DNA of 64,000 nt, taken from contig MU062133.1 of assembly GCA_013265495.1 (NCBI GenBank), positions 20,860,678 through 20,924,677 of the forward strand, given 5' to 3'. The number at the start of each line of letters is the position of its first letter. The stretch's first letter is position 1. The DNA comes from Vicugna vicugna. Lineage: Eukaryota. Positions 26,016 through 37,886 of this stretch are shown piece by piece. Both the position numbers and the translations under genes were made by a program. The notes under the pieces were generated by a model. The model saw only the letters and a program-made list of their open reading frames with translations, made no database searches and was not told where the DNA came from.

Positions 26016-26879
26016 TCAGCTTGAGGACATATTTATGAAGCAAAAGTATCGGAAGGCAATGAGACAGGTCCCTTTTAGCTCAGACAAATTCGGATTTTAT
26101 GAACAGTGACCTTATTCATGGAGAACAGCCTTGCAAAGCTTCGCAAAGCCCTGCCTCTCCACATGGCTACTCCTTGTTTCCAGCAGCTGTAGATGAGAGA
26201 AGGCTCCTCTGGGTACTCACTCACCAAGCATCATTATCTTATTTCTCTGCTGATCAGAGTCTGGCCAAAGAATAAAAGATTTCTGTCTCAGTCTGGCAGT
26301 CGTTTTCTTCTTCACTCTAAAGACACTAAGCAAGGTCAAGTTCAAGGAACTGAATTCCTCAGAAAAAGATTCCCTCATAGTCTGGGAGAAATTAGTTCAT
26401 ACTTAGAATGAGTGTGTCCAGACCCCTGTGGCTTTCTCTCTCATAGTTTTTGTAAATTAAACTAAAGGTGGATCGTGTTGACCCAGGCATTAACCATGAC
26501 TTTTTTATGGGCTGTTTCAGGTGCCCTTTGCGAATTTCATGATCCTTTCTTACAGAATGGGTGGAGTGGTGGTGGGCTGTATTTTTCAGTTATTGATTTA
26601 AATTAATCATAGCTCATCCTGTCCAAACACTGGACTGTGTACACAGGTGGACAGGCAATTCATCTTTAAGCGTTTAAATCCTGCCTACTCTTGCATATTG
26701 GTATATATAGATTATCAAGCTGCAAAAATATAAGGATTATCTCCAATGAGACCTCTTACACTGCTTCTAAAAGGTTATCAAAATAGAAAAGAAGCATTCA
26801 GCTTTGGAATTTATGCCCTTATTTTTAAGTAGTTAATGTTGGGGAAATGAGCTGAATTCTATCTTTGGAGTAATCAAAC

Positions 26880-27000
26880 TTAGCCTTTTGAGAAAGTCCC
26901 AAATCCACTACCTAATAGCTGTGGTGTACTCATAAGTGGAGTCACTTCACTTCTCTGAACATTAGCTCAGTTTCCTCATCTGAAGATGAGGGTATGGTAC
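26880..27000 (+). mobile_element. MIR SINE
   Basis: ccactacctaatagctgtg...gtcacttcacttctctga...ctcagtttcctcatctg. Confidence 0.7.
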
Positions 27001-27134
27001 AAAACTATACTACATCTTTAAAAAATATATATTGATTTAAATTCTAATATGCAAGATCTTCTGTTCCTTATGAGGTATGAAATGAGAGTAAAGAGTGCCT
27101 ATTGTTTCTCATTGTCATTAACATAGTGACTTGG

Positions 27135-27375
27135 ATGTGGTAGATGTTTGACATATATTTATTGTAAGGGGTGCTAACTCAGAACATCTGATTGATTTCC
27201 CAGTGGCAGCACTACTGAGCCTCCTCATTTTACAGAGGAAGGAACTGGGAGGGGAGAGGAGCCTCCCCAGAGAGGTCAGCCAACAGCCAATAGACAACAC
27301 ATTGTCTTTCATGGTGGATCTCAGACGAGAAACCAGCTCACCTAAATCTCAGGCCACTTTCTTTTACACTACATA
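27135..27375 (-). mobile_element. MIR SINE
   Basis: cctcattttacagaggaaggaactg...aaatctcaggccactttcttttacactac. Confidence 0.55.
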
Positions 27376-27399
27376 GTAGTACAAGATTTTTGACCTAAA

Positions 27400-27960
27400 C
27401 AACTAATAGGAAGCAGCCACCATTAAATGAGGTGGAGAAGACAGAAGGAGAAGTAGATTGGGGGTGAGGGTGGAAATAAAGTATTGGTATTTGGAAATGT
27501 AAAGTTTGACCTTCATATTGGATATTCAAGTGGATATGTCAAGTGGGAAAGTGAATAAAGTCTGTGGCTCAAGAGAGAGGTCATGCTGGATATACAAATT
27601 TGGAAATTATTGATGGAGAGATGGTATCTAAAGTCATGGAACTATATAAGATAACCTAGGGAAGGCACATGCTTAGTGAAGAGTTCCCAGGACTGAGTAC
27701 TGGGGCATTCCAGTAGCTGGAAATGATCCCAATACAGAGAGTTCTGGATGGAGTTGATGAGAGGAGAAGGCATCCAGGGACCATCCAGAGGGTTTAGTCC
27801 CAGGTAGGAGCCCAGGCAGTTAATTCATTGTAACTAGAGGGCAGGCTGAGTATTGTTATACAGATACAGGCAGCAGAAACTGTCAAAGTTCTCTTCTGCT
27901 AACTCTTGTTTTCTCAATGAGATGAGGAGAAAGATTGTTGGCTGAGAGAGAGGAGGATAG
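27400..27960 (-). mobile_element. L2a fragments
   Basis: tttggaaatgtaaagtttga...atattcaagtggatatgtcaagtggg...aatttggaaatt...aaagtcatgga...ggactgag; second piece aagttctcttctgct...ttttctcaatga. Confidence 0.75.
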
Positions 27961-29109
27961 ATAAAGAATTGGAAGCTTGGGAGAGAGAATAGTTGGGAAA
28001 TAATTGCTAGAGAACTGAAATAGGACTGCTGGACACCTTGTGCACTGCTTGGCACAGAGTCAGGCTCAATAAATCTTCCCTGAATGAAAGATGGACCCAA
28101 GAACCTAAAGAAGGAGCCAAATTGAGAATTTGAGTCCCAATATAGTGCATGACTCAGCCTATCAGATTTGGGTCCATATTCAATAATGCAAATTTGGCTG
28201 TTTTCCTGAAGTTCCATTGAAGGAAACTATAAAAATTGTGATTTAAGCATCTTTCCTGGCAACCAAAAAGAGGGCTCCAACCTATGCCAAATGATAGAAT
28301 TACAGATTCTCCGTGGAAAGCTCCTTTCCCAAATAGAGATTTTTATTGCCACATTTCATCTCCCAGTATGGTACTGTTCTCTTTATTGGTACCTTTACAT
28401 CACTTACAGGTTTTTTTTTAAACATCAGTTTCCCAGCATCCATCATTTTTATAGCCTCTCTTCCTATTTTCCACACAAAAGTTTTCTTTTACATTTTCCT
28501 TAGGAATGTCTCATTAATTTCGTATGTTTACAAACTTTTACTATCCCATAAAGGTACTTCCCTCTACCCCCAGAGAAGTATCTAGTCAGAGAAATAAAAT
28601 ATGTGAACCAAAGGCTTAGCATTCTTTGCAGCTAATTCATCTACATTGACAAGGTCTCCTGAGTCTTTGGCTGCCTTCTTAATGGATGATTCACCTGCTT
28701 GCAGAGAATTTCAATAATTTTTTGATAATGGTCTTTGGTTTTCAGCCAGAGGTTGCCTCTGAAAGTATATCTTTCTAAAGTTTTGAGACTCACAAACTTT
28801 GACCAGAGTAATTCTCTACAGATATATTCCCAGGTTCTGTTTTTCCTCTTCCTTTTTCTTTCCTTTTCTTTTTTTTAAAATCTCAGGCCATTTTGATTAA
28901 AACCAATCCTTCTGTAAATAAGGAAAAAATATTCAGAATTAACTGAAGTCCAAGACTTCATGTTTTGGAGATCAATGAAGGCAGCAGCTAGAAGCTATAT
29001 TACTTTAGATAGATTTAGATACATAAATAGGTAAGGAATTTTCATTTTACTTTTGGAACATATCAGAAAGCCAGAAATATACCAAAAAAAATAATAAAGC
29101 AGACCCCAC

Positions 29110-30175
29110 ACCTTCTTTCTGGAGCATATCTTTAGTAGTTCTTTTAGCAATACCCTATAAACAGTAAACTCTTTCTGTTTTTATCTGGAAATGCCCATGT
29201 CCATACTCTCACTCTTGAGTGATAATTTGGCTAGCTGTAGAATTCTAATATGATTTTAATTTTTGCTCAGCACATTGATGTATTACTCCACTGTCTTCTG
29301 TCTCCATTGTGGCTGTTGAGAAGTCTAAGTCTAAATAAATTTCTTTTTAGATAAATGGTCTCTCATCTTGGGTTTCTTTTAGGATCTTCTCTTCCTTATT
29401 AATGTTCTGCATTTCCACCCTGATGCCTCTACATGTGAATTTGACTTCTTATCTCTGAAGGCTCATGTCATCAATTATGGAAATTCCCAGTCATTGATTT
29501 TTCTTTAATATTGACTTTCCCTTCATTCCTTTTCCTTTTCTTCTTCTTAAACTCCTTTTAGGCATAGGTTGGATTTTCTTTTTTTCCTTCACACTTTTCA
29601 CATCTATTTCATAGTTTCAGTTTCTTTATGTCTCTATATTAATTCTCCTCAGAGAGATCTTCTAATTTTCTGATTCCCTCTTCACCTGTATCTAATCTGT
29701 TGTTTTATTTCTTTTTGAGATTTTGATAGTAATGATATTTTTACTTCTGGAAATTCTATTTTTATTTTGTTGTTCTTTTATTATGCCTCTGATTTCTTCT
29801 TTTATGCTCTTAATCATTTAAATTCATGTCTTTTAAAGTCTCTAGGCAGTTGTTCTATTATCTGAATTATTTTATTAACTAGATCTTCTTATTCTCATTC
29901 ATGCTGGATTTTTTTATCCCATGTATTTTATAACTTACAGTGAGTTTATTCTTAGTAGAAATTGTTTTTCTGTAAGAATTATCTGCCATCTTGATTGTGG
30001 GAGCAGCCCTACAGGGGGATGTGATGGGGAGTAGGGTATAATTTGCATTTCATTTGCTTCTACAGGTGTCCCATAGGCATCACTGGCTCTGGCTTTACCA
30101 TTTCTGGCCAATGAGGGTTGCATATATTTGAACCATTAATTTGCCAGGAGCTCAGGCCAGGGGTTTCCATTTCTC
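29110..30175 (-). mobile_element. HAL1 / L1M ORF1-region fragment
   Basis: gtaaactctttctg...tctggaaatg...ctcactcttgagtgataatttggctagctgtagaattcta...ccactgtcttctg...ccattgtggctgttgagaagtct. Confidence 0.7.
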
Positions 30176-30509
30176 TAAGTGCTTTTATTCACCAAGCGCC
30201 TAAGCATAGAATACCTATGGTCTCCTTGGGCAGAATATGTTTTAGTCCAAATTCTGATACCCTTTAAGAGTCTGGGCTTTATGCAGACATCTCAGCTCCT
30301 TATGTTAGCCCATAATCTTGTCTCTGTCCCTTCACAGCTATTAAAGTCCAACCTAAGGCTGTGCCTGACCAACTACCATGCCCTTTTCATGGTGGCTACA
30401 GCACTAACATACAAGCCTGCTTTCCCAGGTTTTAATTTTCTCTTTATTCTTGTACCTAAGTAGCTCTCATTCTATGTTGAAAATTGAAGCAGACATAAGA
30501 GAAATTTCA

Positions 30510-31410
30510 AAAACTTCCATTCTACACGTACTCACCTACTAGCAACTACCCGCTACCCTCCCTCCTATTTCTGTGGATGAACCATTTGTGTCAAAAGACC
30601 AATTCCTCCATTTGCGCACTAGCTCCCATTCCCTATCACCTATTCAAGAACATCACTCCAGTAATTCTCCTCTCTGTATCTTGACCAAATTTTCTCTTTT
30701 TCCTGAACTACTCTTATCAGAATACATATACTGTTATTTCTCCTATCTTAAAAAAAAAAAAAAACTTGATTCCTCTTCCCATTCAACTACTGCCCCACTT
30801 TTCTGCTCTCTTTACAGAAAACTTCTCAAAGTTTCTGCCTCCAATTCCTCTTTCCATTTCTTTCTTATGCCCATTTCAGTCAGCCTTTGTCCTCACTGTT
30901 TCACCAAAAGCACTCTTTTCAAGGTCACCAATGACATCCACATTGCTGATTCAGTTCTCAGTCAGCATCTTACTTGATCTAGTAGCAGAATTTGATGTTG
31001 TAGACCATTCCCTTCTCCTGGAAATCTTTACATCTAGTGGTGTTCAGGACTCCACATTTTCTTTGTTTTCCTTCTTTCTCATCAGCATTTTTTTCAGGCT
31101 CCTTTGCTGATTCTTCATTTTCTCCCCAAACTCTCGGGTACCCCATAGGTTCAGTATTTGGATGTCTCTTTTCTAGCCACACTCAGTCTATGGATGATCT
31201 CATTCCAGACTCAAGACTTTAAATGCCATTTATAGGCTGACAACTTCCAGGTGTATATTTCTAGCTTGTATCTTTTTTCTAAATTCCAAATTCGTATGTC
31301 AAACTGCCAACTCAGCGTCTCCGATAGGTTGTCCAATAGACATGTCAAACATATCTTGTCCAAAACTGACCTCTTGATCTTTCCTACCAACTTTGCTCTA
31401 CCCTCAGCAG
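30510..31410 (+). mobile_element. L2a with reverse transcriptase remnant
   Basis: Frames give CPHCFTKSTLFKVTNDIHIA and ILLDLVAEFDVVDHSLLLE, matching the L2 RT motifs STETALxKVTND and LDLSAAFDTVDH. Confidence 0.9.
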
Positions 31411-31924
31411 GAGCTAGGAATAGGGAGGGATGTAGAAAGATGAGACCAAAAATTTAATACCAGATCAGACTACTAATTGCTGAGTCAAGCTAGATGTATT
31501 TAGATGCATTTGGATACCTTTAAAATTCTATCTTACATCTCCCCATCCCCACCTACAGCTAGTGTGTGCAAGGTGGGCCCTGGTCAAAAGAAAAAAGTTT
31601 TTATCAGTTACTTGGAAAAATAAAAGCAGTCAATGCTTTTATTTTCCTGATGCAGCACTCTTCAACGAAGGCTGTTATACTCCTTGTACAACTCTGGCAA
31701 AATTTCTTAACCTCCAGAACTGCTTTCCTCTGCTGAGAAGGGGTCATCCCATCACACAGGACTTGGGGTTAAGAAAGCTCCTGTACAAATCCTTTAAATG
31801 TCAGCTCCCTGGCACTGAGGAGTAGATGGAAAATTGGCTTGGCCAAGGAAGGGTGAGTTATCTATTCTGCCCTCTCATTAACTTTAACTAATTGTTAGAG
31901 AAAGAGAGCATGCCCTTGTTCCTT

Positions 31925-32180
31925 CTCATCCTACAGTCTAGCTTAAATGTCACTTTTTCAGGAAGGTCTGTCTTAGCCACTTTAGCCAAAGTAGGTGGAG
32001 CCCGGGGTCATCCTTCAGCACGTTTCCTGTTACTGCCTTTACAGTCCTAATCAGGATGTGATATTATTTAATTAACATATTTGCCGAATTGTTCCTCATC
32101 TATGTCCTAACCCCCAAGACACTCCCTGAGGTCAGAGCCTTTCTTTGCTTTTCCTCTCTTGTGTGTCCAGTGTCCTTAAA
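31925..32180 (+). mobile_element. L2 3' end
   Basis: tctagcttaaatgtcactttttcaggaagg...actccctgaggtcagagcc. Confidence 0.6.
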
Positions 32181-33394
32181 TTTGTGCTCCTTAAATTTGT
32201 TAAATCTTGTTTCTTGAGGTTCTGGGCCATGAGTTTAAAAGTTCTTTTTCCCTATTTAAAGATTTTGAAATGATTTGTCTTTCTTAGTTTGGTCCCTTCC
32301 TGCTGCTATTTGCTTACTTTGGTAGAGGGAGAGTGAAATACTTATTTTTTTTTAACTTTTCAAAGCCATTAATATAAACCCCACAAACAGTGAGTTTGAG
32401 CATCTGAAATTCTGTGCATAATTACTGGGTAAAACTATCTTCACAAGGCAATTTTCTACTTTCTCTATGAAATAACCCCCCCCCAAATGTGTTACTATGG
32501 CAGCCTACTTCCTTACTGAGACAAATGCAGATGAAACCTATGAATTAGCATCAGCCACTCCCCTGCATCATAGATCCTCCCTGAGATTAGCTTCAATATG
32601 CTTGGAGATACACCAAATGTTAAATTAGTGTCATGTTTGTCACCTACACATGTGGGAAAAAGCATGCACATACACAAACTGTAATTTAGCAGCATCAGCA
32701 ACAGCCCCTGTACTGAAAAAAAACCAAAGCAATTTCATTTAAACATAGTGGAAGGCAGCATTTCAACAGCAAGGGAAGGAGCTGTACACTAATTTGGGAT
32801 AACTTCCTCTTTTTCCTACTGACCTTGGCCCAGCACAATGAATGGATTCCATTGGGACCCTCTCTGGTCCCAGTCTTGCCATCCTGAGGCAAATTCAGTG
32901 GCCAGGTCCAGTTTCTGTCATTAGTCAGGATCCAGAATTAAATATTTTTCACAGATAGGAAGCCTAGGCACCTCCCCTGACAGTCAGAGTAGCGGCAGTA
33001 ACATTTAGCACCATCGTAGAAACTATAGAAAGGGCTCGGGAAACCCCCGACTCACTCATGGTTGGGCTCCCAGGAGGCCCATCTAGTACCGACATCTCCT
33101 CAGAAGAACCAACAGCAGGAGGTCATTCGTTAAACGATGCCATTTCTCTTGGCATAGGTCCCTTCAGAGGCATCCACAAGACACACCCTGGGTAGCAGGC
33201 CGCTGTCCTGGCCCTCTGCAGCAGCCAGGACCAAGATTATCAAGGACCCTTTCTCTCTTACAATACCCTATGGCCTTGGAAATCATGTTATAGCTCCTCC
33301 AAGGAATCCAAATCATTCTTGAGCTATGGATAGACCGATCGACTTAAGATCCACATCTTATAGGTAGCCAAAAAAAGACTGGCATTTTATCATT

Positions 33395-33648
33395 TTTAAA
33401 AATTTACAGGGTTCTTACTGTGTATGAGGAATTGTGCTCAACACTACACATGCATTTGCACGTTTGATTTCCACAACAATCTGTAAGGTAAATACTAATA
33501 TTATCATTTCCATCACCAATGAAAAACCTGAAGCTTAGCAAGCTTAAGTCAGTTCCCCAAATTCCATGTGTGAAGCAAAACCAAGACTCAAGGCTGGCTT
33601 GGCTTGATATCCAAACAAATACTCTTAGCCACGATGCTACACTACCAG
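33395..33648 (-). mobile_element. MIR SINE (near full length)
   Basis: cttactgtgtatgagg...tgtgctcaacactacacatgc...tttccacaacaatctgtaaggta...ctcttagccacgatgctacact. Confidence 0.75.
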
Positions 33649-33764
33649 TGGACAAAATCCCTCTGATACGCTGCAGCTGGACTAAAATTTCAGCCAGGAG
33701 GAGAGTTTGTGGTGGGATTGACTTAAGGAGACCAAAGCAGAAAGTGCTTCTGAAGAGCACACTG

Positions 33765-33900
33765 TAGTTTCCCAAAGTGGTCCAGGACCAACAGCATCAC
33801 ATTCCTGATGCAGAGCCTCAGGCCCACCCAGAAACTACTGACAGAGAGGCTGCATGTTAACAAGATCCTGGAAGAGTCTCAAGCACATTAAAGGATAAGA
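33765..33900. mobile_element. MER5A
   Basis: tagtttcccaaagtggtccaggaccaacagcatcac...ggcccacccagaaactactga...ctgcatgttaacaagatcc. Confidence 0.75.
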
Positions 33901-33984
33901 AGCGTTTGTTGACTTTGCAGATACTCTAAATAAACTTCGTGGAAAAATAAGTCTATAACTGTAACAGAGGGGGAAAATATGAAC

Positions 33985-34080
33985 TCATGAAGGACAGGGA
34001 TGGTGACTTATCCATTTTGTAACCACCAGTGCCTGTAGAAAAGTAAGCATATGACATATTTATTGAATAAATGACTGGAT
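33985..34080 (+). mobile_element. L2 tail
   Basis: aactcatgaaggacaggga...ccagtgcct...atatttattgaataaatga. Confidence 0.65.
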
Positions 34081-35884
34081 AAAGAAAAGATTAAGGTACT
34101 TTGTGGTAGACCCCATCCCGGGCCACACAGATGGCCTTTCATTCATTTCCCCCAACTTCCTACTCACCACGTCACATGACACAGGATACTGGGTCTAGGT
34201 TTGAGGCCTGGTCCTACCTCTTCTAGTACTGGGCATATTACCTCTGCTCTATACCTCAGTTTCTCCAATTGGAAGTAAAATATAACAAAAAGAGAATAAA
34301 ACAATAGACCTGAGCAGGTCTATGAAGACCTGGCCGTGTCGGCACACCGCGGGATGAGCTGAAGAGGCTTCTCACTGCAGAGCCTGTGGGGTCTGCTGAG
34401 GCTGTCCTGGGCCTGCCCTGCAGCACGACGTACCCCTCTGGCCACTCCTGCCTCCTTTCCCTCCCTGCAGCAGGGGTTTGTTCCAAAAACAAACGCCCAA
34501 ATAAACATTGGACATGCTAAAATCAGAATCTGCTTCACAGGGGCCAAGCCACGGCACTCACCACTAAGCATCAAAACTGAATTTATTGAGCAGCTGCTGG
34601 GTTGGGGAACATCAGAAACGAACATTCTCAGGCATTTATGATATGGCTGGGACCTCTACCATACAACTTGGTTACCCTGTCGCACTGTGGTAAGTTTACA
34701 CAGGTTCTCCCGTATTAGGATGCTATTTGCATTTAATACCTTGCTGTTGCAATATGTATTTTTTATTTTTGCTGTTTAGGGTTTTTTGTTGTTATGTTTT
34801 ATCTCTGATTGGTGGAACTGAGGCACAGAACAGGAGTGACCTGCCCGAGACTGGAAGAGGCAGAGCCAGAATTCAGGCACAAGCCTCCTGTGGCGGGTAG
34901 CATGGTAGTAGGTAGGAGGTGGTAGGAGGGATCAAAGTGGCTTCTTTATCCTTCCATGTGGAAAAGATGTCCAAAGAAGCTTACTGTCAACAGATTATAA
35001 AAAGATTCACATTGTGTCATTCAATTCTATCCAGAGCTCTTATTCTCTGTACAAAGGGTCATTGGAACAATTTGGTGGGGTTAACTTTGGTCATGAGATT
35101 GGCTGGCTGGGGGCAGTGCACTGGGACCAAAGTTTAGCAAGCATCACTGTCCCTGAGCCTCAAAGCCTCAAGCCTCAAGGTGAACTCCTTGAAGGAAGGC
35201 ACCACACTTTTGTCCTTCTATTTCCCCATCACCCGGCCAGGGCTGAGCACAGAGTTAGTGACCAATGAATGTCGGCTCAGTGACGAAGTTGAGACGCAAT
35301 GGCTCGGCAGTGAGTACCACCTGCCTTAGAGCCTACGAAATGGTGATTCAAAAGAGACAAAAGAACCGCATTTGAGGACAGACTCAAAACTCTTCTTGCA
35401 CAGGCCACCGAGAGGCTGAGCCCTCCGGACCCCACAAGGCCCACAGCATTCCTGCCTATGTCACCCTCCCCTTCTTGGTGCTCTTTGGACCATTACAGCC
35501 CCTACCACGCAGTTCAGGACTGGATTACAGAGTTTTATCCCACTTAAATCAGCATACAAGTCTTGTGCCCAGGGCAGGGCAAACCTCCAGGAGTGCAGTG
35601 GGTGTGCTGTGTGTTACAGAGCCACGGGTGTTGCCCTCCAGGATCTGGGCCAGCTTTCCTTGGCAGGAGTGATGCCTATTGTTGGAGCTGCTGGGCTGTT
35701 CAGGGGCAGGAGCTAGTAACAGGGCTTCCAAGGCTGAGTTAGATGCCACATACAGGGTAGCAGGGGCTCCTGGTGGCAGCCCATCCCTGGGACCCCCAAG
35801 GCTGCTTTCCTACTTCTGTCATTTGCACCGGAACCTGCATTATGCATATGAGGCATCTTCTGGTCAAATCTTGCTGTAAATAGA

Positions 35885-35925
35885 CTATTTATAAAAGGAA
35901 ATGTTGGCTCACAGCCAGGCAGTGG
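35885..35925 (+). promoter_or_regulatory. Candidate TATA+Initiator core promoter
   Basis: TATAAAAG at 35890-35897 (inside MEF2-type CTATTTATAA 35885-35894); Inr GGCA+1GT with A at 35921, i.e. TATA at -31. Confidence 0.35.
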
Positions 35926-35973
35926 CGTCGAGATCCAGGAAAGGCGTTGCAGCTCTGGTGTGCGGGGTCCAGC

Positions 35974-36162
35974 ATGGGCAGCTTCTTTGACACCGTCAGG
36001 GCACATGTCAGGTTGGGATGGCAGGCAGCCTCTCTGAGGGCAAGAGCCACCGAAGGGAAAACAGTCATCTTGGGCCCAGTGAGGATGGACGGCACAGCCA
36101 GGGAGCAAAAGTGTTTCCTCCTTCAGAGTCTGCAACAGGAAAACAAATCTGTTGGACAATAA
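35974..36162 (+). CDS. Hypothetical small ORF, 62 aa (MGSFFDTVRAHVRLGWQ...ENKSVGQ)
   Basis: First ATG after the predicted TSS, strong Kozak (agcATGg); no recognised homology. Confidence 0.12.
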   Translation: MGSFFDTVRAHVRLGWQAASLRARATEGKTVILGPVRMDGTAREQKCFLLQSLQQENKSVGQ

Positions 36163-36949
36163 CCCTCCTGTTTTATTTACTCTGTCTACAGATGTCTTAA
36201 GCCAACAAAGTAATGTGGAAGGTGGGTCAGGTGCTGCAGCTGGAGGACAGTCAGGATGGTCAGCAAAGCCTCACTTACCGCCTTCTTCTCGTTCCTCCCT
36301 TCCCATCAGGCAGCTTTAATGTCCCTAAGTGCTTGGAGCACCTCTCTGTACGGATGCTCTGGGAACAATTTATAGATAAGTCTCTACTATCTCTGGAAGA
36401 GGAAGGGGTTCAGGCAAGTTCAATGACTTGGCCCAGGTGCCATGGCCACTGAGTGCCTGAATCTACTAGGAGGGCCTGACAGCCACTTGGACCATTAGGA
36501 CCAGCAAGCGGCCCTTTCAGACACAGCAAAGGCTATTCTGCCATCCTGGGCTCCGAGTGTCTGTGAAACTTCAAACTCATTTCCTGAGATAAGAATGATA
36601 TTGAGAAAGGCTATCTGGAAATGGAAAACAAGTGGCAAGAGCCTCGCCACCCACAGGCCCACAGGACCGTCTGCCAGGGCCTGGTGAGCACGGCCCTTCC
36701 GGAAATTGCTCTGCTCCTCTGTCCACTCAGCCCTGTTCTCTTGCTTCCCCTCCTCTGCTCCAAGCCCCGAGCCCCATGTAGGCCCAGAGGAGGTCACAGA
36801 ACATTTCACCAGGATTTTGGCACTCCCGGCAGTGCAAGTGATGGCCTGGCTGTGGAGCACCTGGGAGGCCAGCTGGATGCAAGCAGAAGGGAGTCAAGGT
36901 GGGTGCCGTGAGCAGCTGCCTGGAGCCCAGTTTCTCCCACTCATGCTCT

Positions 36950-37548
36950 CCTCCAGAGCCGCACGCCCTCCAATCCAGTCTGCTGGCTTCCACTCCCACC
37001 CTCCCCCAACCCAGTCTGCATTCTGCAGTCAGAAGGAGCATTTCCAGCCACAAATCTAATCACATTGCAACTCGCTTGAAACCTGTGATGGTTCGCCAAG
37101 GCCCTGGGAACAGCCTGACTTTGAAGTCCTCATGATCAGTCTGCTAGCTCTCAGTCTCTCCCTACACCTTGTGCCTCAGGCCCAAGGCTTACCCAGCTCT
37201 GGGAATCCATCCTACTTTCTCCTACCTGCAGGGGGTTGCTGTGAGCTTGCTGTCCCCTCAGCTCAGAGCACCCTCACCAAATTCTTCTCCCCCTAAACCT
37301 GCAGTTTGCCCGACTGACACCCATTCCACGTCTGTACTCCCCCATCCCGCCCCCAGGCCGAGTGAGGCTGGATGCTCCATCGACAGCATCCTGAGCACCC
37401 CTAGCGGGAGACCTCACCGAAATGCAACCCCATCGCCTGATGCTTGTCTCTGTTTCCAGCTAGACAGTAAGTCCCACGAGGCACTCTGCCGGGTTTTTTC
37501 ACCATTGGGTCTGGCGCTTAAATGACCAATAAATATTTACTAGATGAA
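36950..37548 (+). mobile_element. L2 3' region, unusually GC/CpG-rich copy
   Basis: cacaaatctaatcacattgcaactcgcttgaaacc...ctagacagtaagtcccacgagg...ttttcacc...caataaatatttactagatgaa. Confidence 0.75.
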
Positions 37549-37781
37549 AGACGTTGTGAATCAGTAAATTAACAAAAGGCCCAGGAAGCAATTTGGACAA
37601 ACACCCCACATCAGCCCTGCCAGGTTTTAGTGGCAGCCATTAGTGGGAGCAGGGGTGATGCTCTAGGCCTGCCACCACCTGCTTCAGGCAGGTCGCTGCC
37701 CCTCTGGCCCTCAGTTTCTCTATCTCTTCTTTTCTTCCTGTAACTAAAGCAACCAAAGGCAGCTTGATTGACTGACTCCCT

Positions 37782-37886
37782 TTTAAAATGTTTATTTCAT
37801 TGTGATAAGAACACGACATGAGATCTACCCTCTTAACAAGGGTTTAGACATACAGTACAGTATTGTTACTCAGCACAGTATCGCAT
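37782..37886 (-). mobile_element. L1MA-type 3' terminal fragment
   Basis: gtgataagaacacgacatgagatctaccctcttaacaa...tacagtacagtattgttact. Confidence 0.8.

Noticed and set aside
30573-31110. Two overlapping ORFs of more than 110 aa with RT-like motifs as a host or domesticated gene
   Set aside because: Frameshifted L2 RT remnant; motifs are split across frames and the pyrimidine-rich strand is naturally stop-poor
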